NCBI GenBank assembly: GCA_963815115.1
Contig: CAWFFN010000009.1
Span: 1,152,001 to 1,216,000, forward strand
DNA length: 64,000 nt
Source: an uncultured delta proteobacterium
GTDB taxonomy: Bacteria > Desulfobacterota > Binatia > DP-6
Direction: 5' to 3'
Under the pieces are notes generated by a model. It was not told the DNA's origin and did not search any database. It was given only the letters and a program-made list of their open reading frames with translations. The position numbers and the translations under genes were made by a program. Shown here piece by piece: positions 28,803 through 38,600 of this stretch (position 1 is its first letter; each line of letters starts with the position of its first letter).

Positions 28803-29690
28803 GTGAGCGATCGTCTGCCGGGGTCGTTGCTCCTCCTCGTCTTCGCGCTTCTCCTCCTTCCCGCGGTCGTAGCCGCGGCGACCTTGATGCTCGCGTGCAA
28901 CGATCCCTGTCTGGCGGCCGCACGGGGCACGCATCGGCAGTGCGTCTCGAGCGCGACCGGAGCGTTCCAGGACGCCGTCGACGGCTGTCTCGAACGCGAC
29001 CACGAGTGCGTCGACGCGTGCCGCTCCCAGCGCCAGGACTGCCGCGACGGCACGGGAAGCGGCGCCGCGCTCGCCGCCTGCGATGAGGCGCTCGAGACCG
29101 CCACGCAGGGGTGCCGGGACCGCTTCCCGCTCACGCCGAAGGAGTCGAGGCACCGGCGGGCAAAGTGCATCGACAAGGCCCAGATCGCCAACTTCCGCTG
29201 CAGCAACGAGGTCCATCGGCGCTTCCGGCAGGCGCTGCGGGCCTGCCGGCAGGGGTTCAGGCAGTGCACCGACGCGTGCGGCCCGGGCGGCCCGCCGGGC
29301 GGCACGGCGGCCTGTAGGGATCAGGGCAAGGCGGCGCGCGGCTCGGTGCTCGCCGACTGCAAGCTGACCTTCCAGGTGACCTCGAGCGGATGCATCAACA
29401 AGGACGTCACGTGCGTCCAGGACTGCGGGGACGCCCGCGTCACCTGCGAGGCCCCGACGCGGTCCATTCTCGGGGCGGCGCTCACTGCCTGTACCGCGGA
29501 CGAGGGCGTCGCGGTGGCCGCGTGTCGCGTCGCGAATTCCGCGGGCAGCGCGGCGCTGGACTCGTGCATCACCGCCGCCCAGGCGAATGCGGCCGTCTGT
29601 CGCGATGCCGCCGCCGACGCCGCCGCGCCGGGGCTCGCTGCCTGCGTCCAGCCCTACGTCGCCTGCGTCAGGGCGTGCCCGCCATCGTAG
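28803..29690 (+). CDS. secreted Cys-rich two-repeat protein (27 Cys), possibly a lipoprotein; paralog of 19124..19990
   Basis: GTG start, hydrophobic signal ending MLAC, CLERDHECVDACR, ACRQGFRQCTDAC. Confidence 0.75.
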   Translation: MSDRLPGSLLLLVFALLLLPAVVAAATLMLACNDPCLAAARGTHRQCVSSATGAFQDAVDGCLERDHECVDACRSQRQDCRDGTGSGAALAACDEALETATQGCRDRFPLTPKESRHRRAKCIDKAQIANFRCSNEVHRRFRQALRACRQGFRQCTDACGPGGPPGGTAACRDQGKAARGSVLADCKLTFQVTSSGCINKDVTCVQDCGDARVTCEAPTRSILGAALTACTADEGVAVAACRVANSAGSAALDSCITAAQANAAVCRDAAADAAAPGLAACVQPYVACVRACPPS

Positions 29691-29714
29691 CCGGCAAAAG
29701 GCATGGCAACTTCA

Positions 29715-29819
29715 ATGCCCGTGAACGTGTCGCTCCAGGCCTACGCGAACGCCGTGAAGCCCGACTTCGCCTGCGACTGGCTGCTGCGCTTCCAGATCCA
29801 GTTCCTCTTCCCCAAGTAG
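29715..29819 (+). pseudogene. C-terminal remnant of an outer-membrane beta-barrel gene
   Basis: MPVNVSLQAYANAVKPDFACDWLLRFQIQFLFPK*: last two amphipathic strands only. Confidence 0.5.
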
Positions 29820-29823
29820 AACG

Positions 29824-30660
29824 ATGATGCGCTCGAGCTACACGATGGTAGTCGCGGGTCTGGCGCTCCTCGTCGCCGCGTCGACGGGCTTCGCCGCCGA
29901 GGACGAGCCCGCACCGGGATGGCAGTTCGAGGTCATGCCGTACGCCTGGATTCCGGGAACCTTCGGCACGGTCCAGGTGAAGGGGCGCACCGCCCACGTG
30001 GACAGCACGCTCGGCGACGTCTTGACCCTGCTGTGGCACGGCGATGCGTTCACGGTTGGCGGCTACTTCGGCGCGCGCTACGATCGCTGGAGCTTCTTCA
30101 CGGACGCCTACGGCGGCTTCCTGAACGAGAGCGTGAGCGAGACCATCCCGACCAGGTTCTGCACCCTGCGTGCCGGCGCGACGCTGAAGCTGAGGCCCGC
30201 GATCGTCGACTTCGCCTTCGGCTACGAGCTCGGGCGGTGGTCGATGTCGGAGCGGCAGCGGCCGATCTCGCTCGGCGTCTACCTGGGGACGCGCTACCTC
30301 CACGTCGGCCAGGAGCTCGATACCTCGGTGGCGGTGGTGAACGGCCGGAGCCGCGCCGCCAGCGTCTCCGACGTCGTCAACTCGGCGGACCCCATCATCG
30401 GGGTGCGCTGGGAGGTCCCGGTGCTGGACAGCCTGTCGCTCGACTTCCGCGGCGACATCGGCGGCCTCCCGGCCGACTCGAAGCTCACCTGGGGGATCGT
30501 CGGCGACGTGCGCTACTGGCTCGGCTGGCAGCCGTTCGGCGCCCGGACCTGGCTCGAGGCCGGCTACCGCGTCGTCGCATACCAGCGCGACTTCGGCGGT
30601 GGCAACGACCTCAACCTCCAGCTCCGGGGCCCGCTCCTGGCGATGGGCTTCGGGTTCTGA
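29824..30660 (+). CDS. outer-membrane beta-barrel protein, hypothetical
   Basis: Signal peptide, WQF.V.PYAW, DPIIGVR, RGDIGG, AGYR, C-terminal GFGF. Confidence 0.75.
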   Translation: MMRSSYTMVVAGLALLVAASTGFAAEDEPAPGWQFEVMPYAWIPGTFGTVQVKGRTAHVDSTLGDVLTLLWHGDAFTVGGYFGARYDRWSFFTDAYGGFLNESVSETIPTRFCTLRAGATLKLRPAIVDFAFGYELGRWSMSERQRPISLGVYLGTRYLHVGQELDTSVAVVNGRSRAASVSDVVNSADPIIGVRWEVPVLDSLSLDFRGDIGGLPADSKLTWGIVGDVRYWLGWQPFGARTWLEAGYRVVAYQRDFGGGNDLNLQLRGPLLAMGFGF

Positions 30661-30667
30661 TCCGCCG

Positions 30668-32212
30668 TCACTCCGGCGCGCCGACGCGGGTCTCGTCGAC
30701 GAAGCGCTCGGTGGCGGAGTCGATCTCGCGGCCGCGCCGTCCTGCCGCCTGGTGCACGTAGAGCGCGCCGCGCTCGACGCGCTCGCGCGGCGCCGGCGGC
30801 ATGGAGATCTCGTACTCGACGGGCAGCGCATGATCGGCGATCTGGAGCTTCGGATCGTAGACGCTGCCGAACTTGAACAGCATCTTCACGAAGTTCGTCT
30901 GTCCCTTCGCGAGCAGCTTGGCGACCTTCTTGGTGGCGCCCCAGACCTGCCCCATCCCGAGGTGCTTGCGGTTCAGCACCGCCTGGGTCGCGACCAGCTC
31001 CTGATAGAACTCCGCCAGCGGCAGGGTCGTCGGCAGGACGGCATGCTGGATGTCGAAGAGGCGATAGTCACGGGAGGTGAGCCGGCGCGACTCGGTGAGC
31101 CACGTCTCGGTCCCCGGATAGGGCGTGTTCACGGAGATGTTCACCACCTCGGGGATCTCGCTGCACCAGTCGCGGACGACGCGGAAGCGCTCGCGGTCCC
31201 AGCTCGGGTCGGCGATGATGTTGATGGCGACGTTGACCCCGATCGTCCGTGCGAACTCGAGCGCCTCGAAGTTCTTGGAGAAGCTCACCCGCTTGCGGAA
31301 CTTGCGCAGCCCTTCCTCGTCGATCGCCTCGATGCCGAGGAACATGATCTTGAGGCCGAGCCCGGCCCAGAACTTGAAGACCTCCTTGTTGCGCAGCAGG
31401 ACGTCGCCGCGCGTCTCCACGTAGTAGCGCTTCTTGATGCCCCGGCGCGCGATCGCCTCGCCGATCGCCATGCTGTGCTCGGCCTGGATGAACGCGACAT
31501 CGTCCAGGATGAACAGGCCTGGCTCGCGGATGGCGGCGACCTCCTCGACGGCTCGCTCGGGCGTCTTCACGCGATAGCTGCGACCGTAGAAGGTCCACGC
31601 GCTGCAGAACGTGCAATCCCACGGACAGCCGCGGCTGAACTCGATGGAGGCGCACGGGTCGAGCTGCCCGATGAAGTACTTGCGGCGATGGCGCACGAGG
31701 TCGCGCGCCGGCAGCACGTCGTCGAGATGTCCGACGAAGGTCGGCGCGGGCCCCTGCGCGTCGAGCGTGACCGCGCCGGGCACGCGTCCGACCGCGGCCC
31801 GGTCGTGCGCGACGGCATCGAGCAGCGCAGCGATCGGCGGCTCGCCCTCGCCGCGCAGGCAGCAGTCGATCGCGCCGCCGGCGTGCTGCAGGACCTCCTG
31901 GGCGGTGAACGAGACGCTGTGGCCGCCCACGAACACGAACGCACGCGGCAGCCGGGATCGCGTCTCCCTCGCGAGATCGATGATCTCCGGCACGTTGGCG
32001 AGGTAGTTGCCGGAGAACGCGATCACGTCCGGCGCCCATTCGTGGAGCACCCGGAAGTAGTCGGCATGCGATTCGACCTGGAGGTCGATCAGGCGGACGG
32101 AATGCCCGGCGTCGCGTGCGGCGGCCGCCACGAGCTCGAGACCCACCGGCTCCAGGCGCAGGAAGATCTTCGAGTACATGAGACAGCTCGGATGAACCGC
32201 GAGGAACCGCAT
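30668..32212 (-). CDS. hpnR: hopanoid C-3 methylase (B12-dependent radical SAM)
   Basis: LAVHPS.LMYSKIFLRLEP.GLE, YLANVPE, SRGCPWDCTFCSAW, RDYRLFDIQHAVLPT, GQTNFVK. Confidence 0.85.
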   Translation of the reverse strand: MRFLAVHPSCLMYSKIFLRLEPVGLELVAAAARDAGHSVRLIDLQVESHADYFRVLHEWAPDVIAFSGNYLANVPEIIDLARETRSRLPRAFVFVGGHSVSFTAQEVLQHAGGAIDCCLRGEGEPPIAALLDAVAHDRAAVGRVPGAVTLDAQGPAPTFVGHLDDVLPARDLVRHRRKYFIGQLDPCASIEFSRGCPWDCTFCSAWTFYGRSYRVKTPERAVEEVAAIREPGLFILDDVAFIQAEHSMAIGEAIARRGIKKRYYVETRGDVLLRNKEVFKFWAGLGLKIMFLGIEAIDEEGLRKFRKRVSFSKNFEALEFARTIGVNVAINIIADPSWDRERFRVVRDWCSEIPEVVNISVNTPYPGTETWLTESRRLTSRDYRLFDIQHAVLPTTLPLAEFYQELVATQAVLNRKHLGMGQVWGATKKVAKLLAKGQTNFVKMLFKFGSVYDPKLQIADHALPVEYEISMPPAPRERVERGALYVHQAAGRRGREIDSATERFVDETRVGAPE

Positions 32213-32313
32213 TGCTTCCCCCCCTGCGCCCGTCGTGAGTGGCGTCCGCTCTTACGTCAGCCGACCACCCATTGCCATCGCGGGTCGGGGAACGGGGGGC
32301 GGCCGCCCGCGCC

Positions 32314-32628
32314 TCAGTCACACCAGACTGACGCCTGGCCGTAGCAGCGATTCATCATGTTGCCGTAGCCGTCCTGCATCCATTGCCAGCTGCAGGAGCC
32401 TCGCTGGGCGCCGGCACCGACGAACGGGCTCGGCACGCCGCCCGAATTTGCGCACGCCTGCTCGCTCCAGTACGACGCGATCGCGATGGCGGAATTGCAG
32501 CAATCCCGCTTGCTGGCGTACACCCAGCCGGTGTCGCCCCAACCCGGGTACTCGGTCGCTCCGGCATGGCAGGCGAGGGCGAGCAGGAGGACGATGGCGA
32601 GGGTCGTCGCGTGCCGGGCGCGCTGCAT
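32314..32628 (-). CDS. small secreted Cys/Trp-rich hypothetical protein
   Basis: Signal peptide; six Cys in the mature part. Confidence 0.6.
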   Translation of the reverse strand: MQRARHATTLAIVLLLALACHAGATEYPGWGDTGWVYASKRDCCNSAIAIASYWSEQACANSGGVPSPFVGAGAQRGSCSWQWMQDGYGNMMNRCYGQASVWCD

Positions 32629-32708
32629 GCGTGGGGCCGGAGCGTAGCAGAATGATGGCGACCGTGGCCATGATGGCGCATGCCCGCCGAAGTGGGGGAG
32701 GTCGGGAG

Positions 32709-33368
32709 GTGAGGAGGTGGGCGGCCGCGCTGCTGGTCCTCCTCGCCGCGGGCTGTGCGCACCGCCGTCCCGCGCCGCCGGCGGAGATGTCGGGGTTTCT
32801 GGACGACTACAGCCTCCTGCGCGAAGGCGGCACGAACGAGCTGGGGCTCGTGTATCGCAACCCCAAGGCCGACTGGCATGCGTACAACAGCGTGCTGCTC
32901 GAGCCGGTGACGCTCTGGCGCAGCGGCCGCAAGTCGCTCGAGCCGGTGCCCCAGGAGGATCTCCTCCGCCTCGTCACCGACTTCCAGAGCGCGGTGCGGA
33001 CGCGGCTGGGCGAGGACTTCCGGTTCGTCGACCAGCCAGGGCCAGGGGTGATGCGGATGCGCCTGGCGATCACCGCCGCGCGGGCCGCCGACCCGGTGCT
33101 GGACGTGCTCACGGCGTCGCGCGGCACGGGTCGTCCCCACCCGGCGGGCAGCGGCGCCCTCGACCCCGAGACGCGGCGGTTCCTCGAATCGGCCGCCATC
33201 GAGGGAGAGATCCGCGACGCCCAGACGAACGTCCTGCTGGCCGAGGGCGTCCACCGCCGCCGCCCCGACGCGCCGGCGTTCGAGACCTGGGCGGACGTCG
33301 ACCGCGCGTTCGCTTTCTGGGCCGACCGGGTCTCCGCGCGGCTCGAGAAGCGCACCGGCGCGCGTTGA
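32709..33368 (+). CDS. DUF3313 family lipoprotein
   Basis: LAAGC lipobox, SGFLDDYSLL, LLEPV, MRLAIT, EGEIRDAQT. Confidence 0.8.
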   Translation: MRRWAAALLVLLAAGCAHRRPAPPAEMSGFLDDYSLLREGGTNELGLVYRNPKADWHAYNSVLLEPVTLWRSGRKSLEPVPQEDLLRLVTDFQSAVRTRLGEDFRFVDQPGPGVMRMRLAITAARAADPVLDVLTASRGTGRPHPAGSGALDPETRRFLESAAIEGEIRDAQTNVLLAEGVHRRRPDAPAFETWADVDRAFAFWADRVSARLEKRTGAR

Positions 33369-33467
33369 GCGGGCGCGATCGCGCTCGTCGACAGACGGAG
33401 GGGAGTTTGACTATAAGGCGCCCTCGAGGGCGACTGCGGCTCCCAGCCGCGGCGAAGGAGGGAAGGC

Positions 33468-33764
33468 ATGCGACGGTCGACGCTGTGGGCATTGGGGGTG
33501 CTTCTCGTCGGGCTGATTGCGATCGGTGCGGTGCCGCACGGCGCGCTGGCCGCCGAGCCGGGCCTGAACCGGATCACCCAGGTCCAGCCCGGGATGACGA
33601 TGCTTCAGGTGCTGCAGACCCTCGGACCGCCGAGCGACATCGTCGGGCACACCTTCTACTACAAGGATCTCGGGAAGGTGATCTTCGCCTCCAAGGCCAG
33701 CCCCCTCGACAGCACCAAGGTCGAGAAGATCGAGCCGAGCCTCATCCAGAATCCGGTGCCCTGA
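33468..33764 (+). CDS. small secreted protein (SmpA/BamE-like segment)
   Basis: Signal peptide; VQPGMT..QV...LGPP. Confidence 0.55.
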   Translation: MRRSTLWALGVLLVGLIAIGAVPHGALAAEPGLNRITQVQPGMTMLQVLQTLGPPSDIVGHTFYYKDLGKVIFASKASPLDSTKVEKIEPSLIQNPVP

Positions 33765-33989
33765 GCGAGCGGCCGGGAGGCGAGCCGGGGCGTCGGTGCG
33801 GGGGCGTAAGGGTCGCCGTCTCCGCTCAGGGTCCTCGCCCCATGCGCGCCAACGAGTTCGGCGCGCCGCATCGGGGAGTCGCGGGCGCGCGCAAGAGGCT
33901 GCGGATTCGCTCTGACGACGACCCCACGCCCATTGTGCCATCGGGGGCGGCTGCGACTACGCTGGCGCGCAGCCAGCTACATCTCGTAC

Positions 33990-34217
33990 GCCTCGCGGAT
34001 CTCCCTCATCCAGGGCGAGACGCGACCCGGGAAGGCGACCGTGACCCTCGAGCGCGGTGGAGCCACCGTCGTAATCCGGGGAGTGCCCGCGCGGGTCTGC
34101 GACAACTGCGGCGAGGAGTATCTCGACGAGACGACGACGGCGGAACTGCTCAAGACCGCCGACGCCGCGGCGCAGGCTGGCGTGCAGGTGGATGTGCGCG
34201 ACTACGTCGCGGCGTAG
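33990..34217 (+). pseudogene. 5'-truncated MqsA/YgiT-type zinc-finger antitoxin
   Basis: QGETRPGKATVTLERGGATVVIRGVPARVCDNCGEEYLD; the first CxxC and start are missing, and no toxin gene upstream. Confidence 0.7.
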
Positions 34218-34266
34218 GCGGCTGCTGATTCCGATGAAGCTGAGGGTTCAATCCGAAGTAAGTCAA

Positions 34267-34910
34267 TCACCCGACGCTCCGCGTGCGGTGGCCTGAGACG
34301 GCCATGGCCTCGTGGGCTGGCGTCCCGGCGTTCACGAGGTTCGTCACCGCGGAGTGCCGGGTGTTGTGGAACACATAGCCGCCTGCTTGCGGCCGATGGG
34401 AAACCCGGCCTTCTCGCACGCGGTCTCCCACGCGCGCTTGAAGTCGCCGAGGCAGCCGTACTCCTTCGACGGCTTGGCACGGGCCCGCACCGCGGTCCGT
34501 GGAAGACGTGCGGGCAGTGCGGACGGCGCCCGTGCTCGAAGCGGTCTGGATGATGTCGAGGGGACGTCCCGCGAGCGGCAGGACATGCGGCTCGTTCTGC
34601 TTGGTGTCGGTGGCCTGCCAGGTGAGCACCCAGCCCTCGGCGTCCAGGTGCGTCCAGGTGGTGCGGGCAAGCTGCTGCTTCCGGGTGCCGAAGAGGTAGG
34701 CGAACTCGAAGAACTCGCGCAGCTCGGTGGTCGGGAGGTGCCTGTGGATCGCTTCGAAGACGTCGCCCGTGAGGTAGCGGGCGCAGGGACTCGCCTCCCG
34801 CAGGAAGAGGTCGGTGAAGTCGAGGCGGGCGGGATCGAGTCGCAGCTTGCCGAGCCGATAGCCCCTGCGAAGGATTGCCAGACGACGGTTGACGGTGGCC
34901 GGGCTGGTGC
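34267..34910 (-). pseudogene. tyrosine recombinase/integrase remnant
   Basis: PATVNRRLAILRR, AYLFGTRK..L, TKQ.EPH.LPL, FHNTRHSAVTNL..AG, SGHRTRSV then a stop before the catalytic Tyr; N-terminus lost. Confidence 0.8.
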
Positions 34911-35212
34911 CTCCGTGCTGCCCGCCCTGCGTGAGGGCAGATAGGCGCGATGAAGTGCCGATGAAGGGCCTTTTTCCGCGAAGGCTTACCGAACACCCCA
35001 ACTCGGACGTTGACACCGCGCCGAGCCTACTGCCTTGTCTCGACGGACGCCTTGCTCCGACTGAGCTGAACGCTACCCGCAGGGCCGGCAGTCGGGCAAT
35101 TGCCGGACTTGTACAATCCGGGATGGGGAGCACCCTCCCGCGCATCTTGCTGCTTTCTATGACGTTGCGCTATGAACCCCGACTCAGTCACGTCCCGTGA
35201 TGCACGGGAGCG

Positions 35213-35641
35213 ATGCAGAGGAGGAAGACCATGAACAAGGCCGAGCGCTCGACAATGTATTGCGAATACCTCAAGCGGGAAGGATACCGCCCGATCGTTG
35301 ATGAGGAGGGCGATGTCATGTTCAAGCACGAAGGGCGCACATTCTTTCTTCTTATCGACAATGAGGATGACATCTACTTCCGCCTGGTGCTTCCAGGGAT
35401 CTTCTCGTGTGACAAAGAGGAAGATCGCCCCGGAGTCGAGCACGCCTGCATGATGGCGACGGCCAAGACCAAAGTCGCCGCAGCGTACCTGCAGGACACT
35501 CAGGTGTGGGTGTCTGCCGAACTGTTGATTTCCCCGCCCACGGCGTTCGAGAATGTCTTCCAGCGTTCCCTGGGCATCGTTGACGCCGGGGCAAGAAACT
35601 TTGCTGACGCGTTCCGGGAGTGGCTGGCTAACCACGTGTAG
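35213..35641 (+). CDS. YbjN/T3SS-chaperone-like domain protein
   Basis: YLKREGYRPIVDEEGDVMFKHEGRTF; start may be 35231 (RBS GAGGA). Confidence 0.6.
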   Translation: MQRRKTMNKAERSTMYCEYLKREGYRPIVDEEGDVMFKHEGRTFFLLIDNEDDIYFRLVLPGIFSCDKEEDRPGVEHACMMATAKTKVAAAYLQDTQVWVSAELLISPPTAFENVFQRSLGIVDAGARNFADAFREWLANHV

Positions 35642-35673
35642 CTTGCGCGTACGTACCACCACAGCCCGTTCTG

Positions 35674-38600
35674 ATGAAAGAGATACCGAGCAGTGGTGAT
35701 GTCTTCATCAGCTATTCCAGCGCCAACCAGGCGCAGGTGGATCAGATCACTGCCGCCCTGCGTAGCGAAGGATTGACGTACTGGCTAGCGCCGGAGAGCA
35801 TCGCGGCCGGTGACATATGGCCACAAGAGATCGTCGCGGGCATCCGAGGTTCACGCCTTGCGCTTCTCGTTGTGTCCGACGAGTTCTGCGCTTCCCGCCA
35901 TACGCCACGGGAGGTCACCCTTGCTGACAACTACCAGCTTCCACTGCTTCCGATTCGCCTGTCTAGTACCAATCTGCCGCAATGGCTCCAGTACTACCTG
36001 TGTAACTGCCACTGGGTCGACGCTTCAGGGTGCGATCTCCAGCAATGTCTGCCAGCCCTCGCCAACGCCGCACGCAGCTATGTGCGAACGCTCCGCGCGA
36101 CGCGTCGAACGACGCCTCCGATCCCGGACGGCTGCGTGTCTGCAGAGAGCCTCGGTGTTCGGCCACGTGGCCCGCTGCTACGGCTTGTGACGGGGGACCT
36201 TCCAGCTGCCTTGGTTTCCTCGGATAGTCCGAGTGTCCTCTTGATGCCCCACAACGAGTTCATCCCGCTCCTGGGTAGGGAGACGGAGGTGCACGACTTC
36301 ACGGTTCGCTTGAAGGACGCCGGGAGTTTCCGCTGGTGGGCGCTTCTCGGGGAAGCGGGAATGGGGAAGACGCGGTTGGCCCGCGAGTTCATTGGACACG
36401 CCATCAAGATGCACTGGCACGCGGGGTTCCTGGGGATCGAAGACCTTCACAGCTTCGTATCGCATCCGGAATTCCAAGCCTGGCGGCCTTACGTGCCAAC
36501 CCTGATCGTCGTCGACTATGCCGCGGGACATGCACTCAATCTCAAGCGTCTCACATCACACCTGACCGCTCTCGAATCGGAGCACATCGATGGAGTTGAC
36601 GCGAAGGTTCGGCTTCTCCTGATCGAGCGCCACGGAAGCACCGAAGCTGGTTGGCTGCGAGATCTCCTGCAGAGCCCACAAGGCGTCGAACGAGAGCTAT
36701 TCTCTCGCACCTGCCATCTCGATGACCTGGAGCTCCGCCCCCCCTCGCTGGATGGACGGAGCGTAGCGGATGCTCCTGAGACGAGCAGGGAAATCATCCT
36801 GGCAACCTTCAAGTCATGGGCCCGGAGATACGGGCGCCCCGCACCGGACCTCCCAGACCTAAGTAGCCGCGACTGGCTGATGATTCAGTCAAATACGTTG
36901 AACCGACCCCTCTATCTGCAGATGGCCGCGATCAGTGCCTGCGAGGCGATGTCTGCCGAAGATCTTCCCACCTGGGGAAGGGGAAAATGTCTTAGGGATG
37001 CCATCAACCGTGAGCGAACATACATCGGCCAAGCTTGCCGAAACGCCGAGGAACGCGATGCGATCGAACGAATCGCTGGCATCTTGTGCGTAACGGGGAT
37101 GGGGGCGTCGGGGCGTGCGGATTGGATGCGGGAGGTGGCGGACGAGCTAGCAGCGTTGGGCGTAGGGGTAACCGCGTATAGCGAAGAGACGCGACGAAGA
37201 ACGATCTTTCGGAAGCCGGAAGCGACGTCCGAGGAGGCCACTAGTCTCATCCAGCCGGACATTCTGGGCGAAGGCTTCGCAGCAACCGTCCTACCGACCG
37301 AATCGGACAACCCTCCGGTCGGTGCTCTACGGCGGGCGGTCGCGATCGGCGGTCTTTCTGCCTGGGGCAATCTCATCCGTATGGTACAGGACCTCCACGG
37401 CATCGAAGTCAGCGACGAGTCCGGGAGCCGCCGACTCTTATTCAAGGGAATTGAAGACTGGCTACTCCCCTTGCTGGAGTATGCCCCCCCAGAACATCTG
37501 CGCCGTATCCTGGCCCTCTTGCCAGAGCGTTCCGCGTCGCTCAACCCCGTGGGAATCCGCGCAGCGGAACTTCTACTGGGCAACATCGACAGCGACTCCC
37601 GATGGGAACGCGCTGAGTGTCTGCTCGCCCTTGGAATGCACCGCGTTTGGGGGGGGAAGGGCAACGCGCGATCCACGAAGGCCGCGGAAGGCGAGCTTCG
37701 CGAGGCAACTACATTGCTCGCCAGTGCGCAGGTCTCCGGCGAAACGGCCGAGTCCCACCTCCAAGGGGCACGCGCTCACCGGCTTCTTGGGATGGTGCTC
37801 TCGGATCAGAATGACACCACCGGTGCAATTCGCGAATCCACCTTGGCTGGCTTCCGCGCCCTCGGCGAGATCGTAGAGCCTGCACGCATGGAAGCTGATG
37901 TCCGAAGGCTGCTCGACGCTCAGCCACCGGACCTACCGGCCCTCGCGGTAGAGTTTGCCAACGCCCTCAACAATCTTTCGATCGACCTCCGCTTCAGCGG
38001 CCGATATGGTTTGGCGATTCGCTGCGCTCGCGCCGCAGTGTCGACTGGCGAGATCCTGGTTGCCGCTGGGCACCGGGGCTATCTCCCATACCTCGGTAGA
38101 TACGCAAACAACCTCGCGATCGCCCACGAGCTTCGGAGAGAGCCAACCGATGCGCTGGAGGCTGCCCGGCAAGCGGTTCAGCTTGCGCTGAACGAGACCC
38201 GCCCGGATCAATTCAGGTCCCTTGGGCTCTGCCTGGATCATCTCTTTACATTGGAAAAGGCAGAGCGCACTTGGTCAGCCGCTCATCTAACCGCCTCGCG
38301 CGCCGTCCGTGTGTACAAGGAACTGTTCCAGCGAGCCCCAGAGCAGTACAGCGCTTCTTTGATCCGCGCACAACGAAGACTTGCACAAGCGCAACGCAAC
38401 GCGAGCGTTGATGGTCTCGGTCAAGACTTGGATGCGGAGACCGATGCCCTTCTAGAAGCGGAACTCCACTCGGGTCGCATCTCTGTTGCGGAGGCCGCCG
38501 CTTCGTGGAGACAACCCGCGTTTCCCCGCGAGGTATCCGATCCCCACGCATTGGGTGTAATAGAGCATGGGAAGGCAATGGAGTTCGGCGATGCGGGGGA

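Noticed and set aside
29704-29719. Possible sigma-54 promoter TGGCAAC-TTCA-ATGC
   Set aside because: Spacing fits but two consensus positions deviate and it overlaps a gene remnant; not supportable.
34241-34256. tRNA T-arm-like GAGGGTTCAATCC next to the integrase remnant as a possible att site
   Set aside because: Stem does not close, no acceptor end, and no second copy found at the other island edge.
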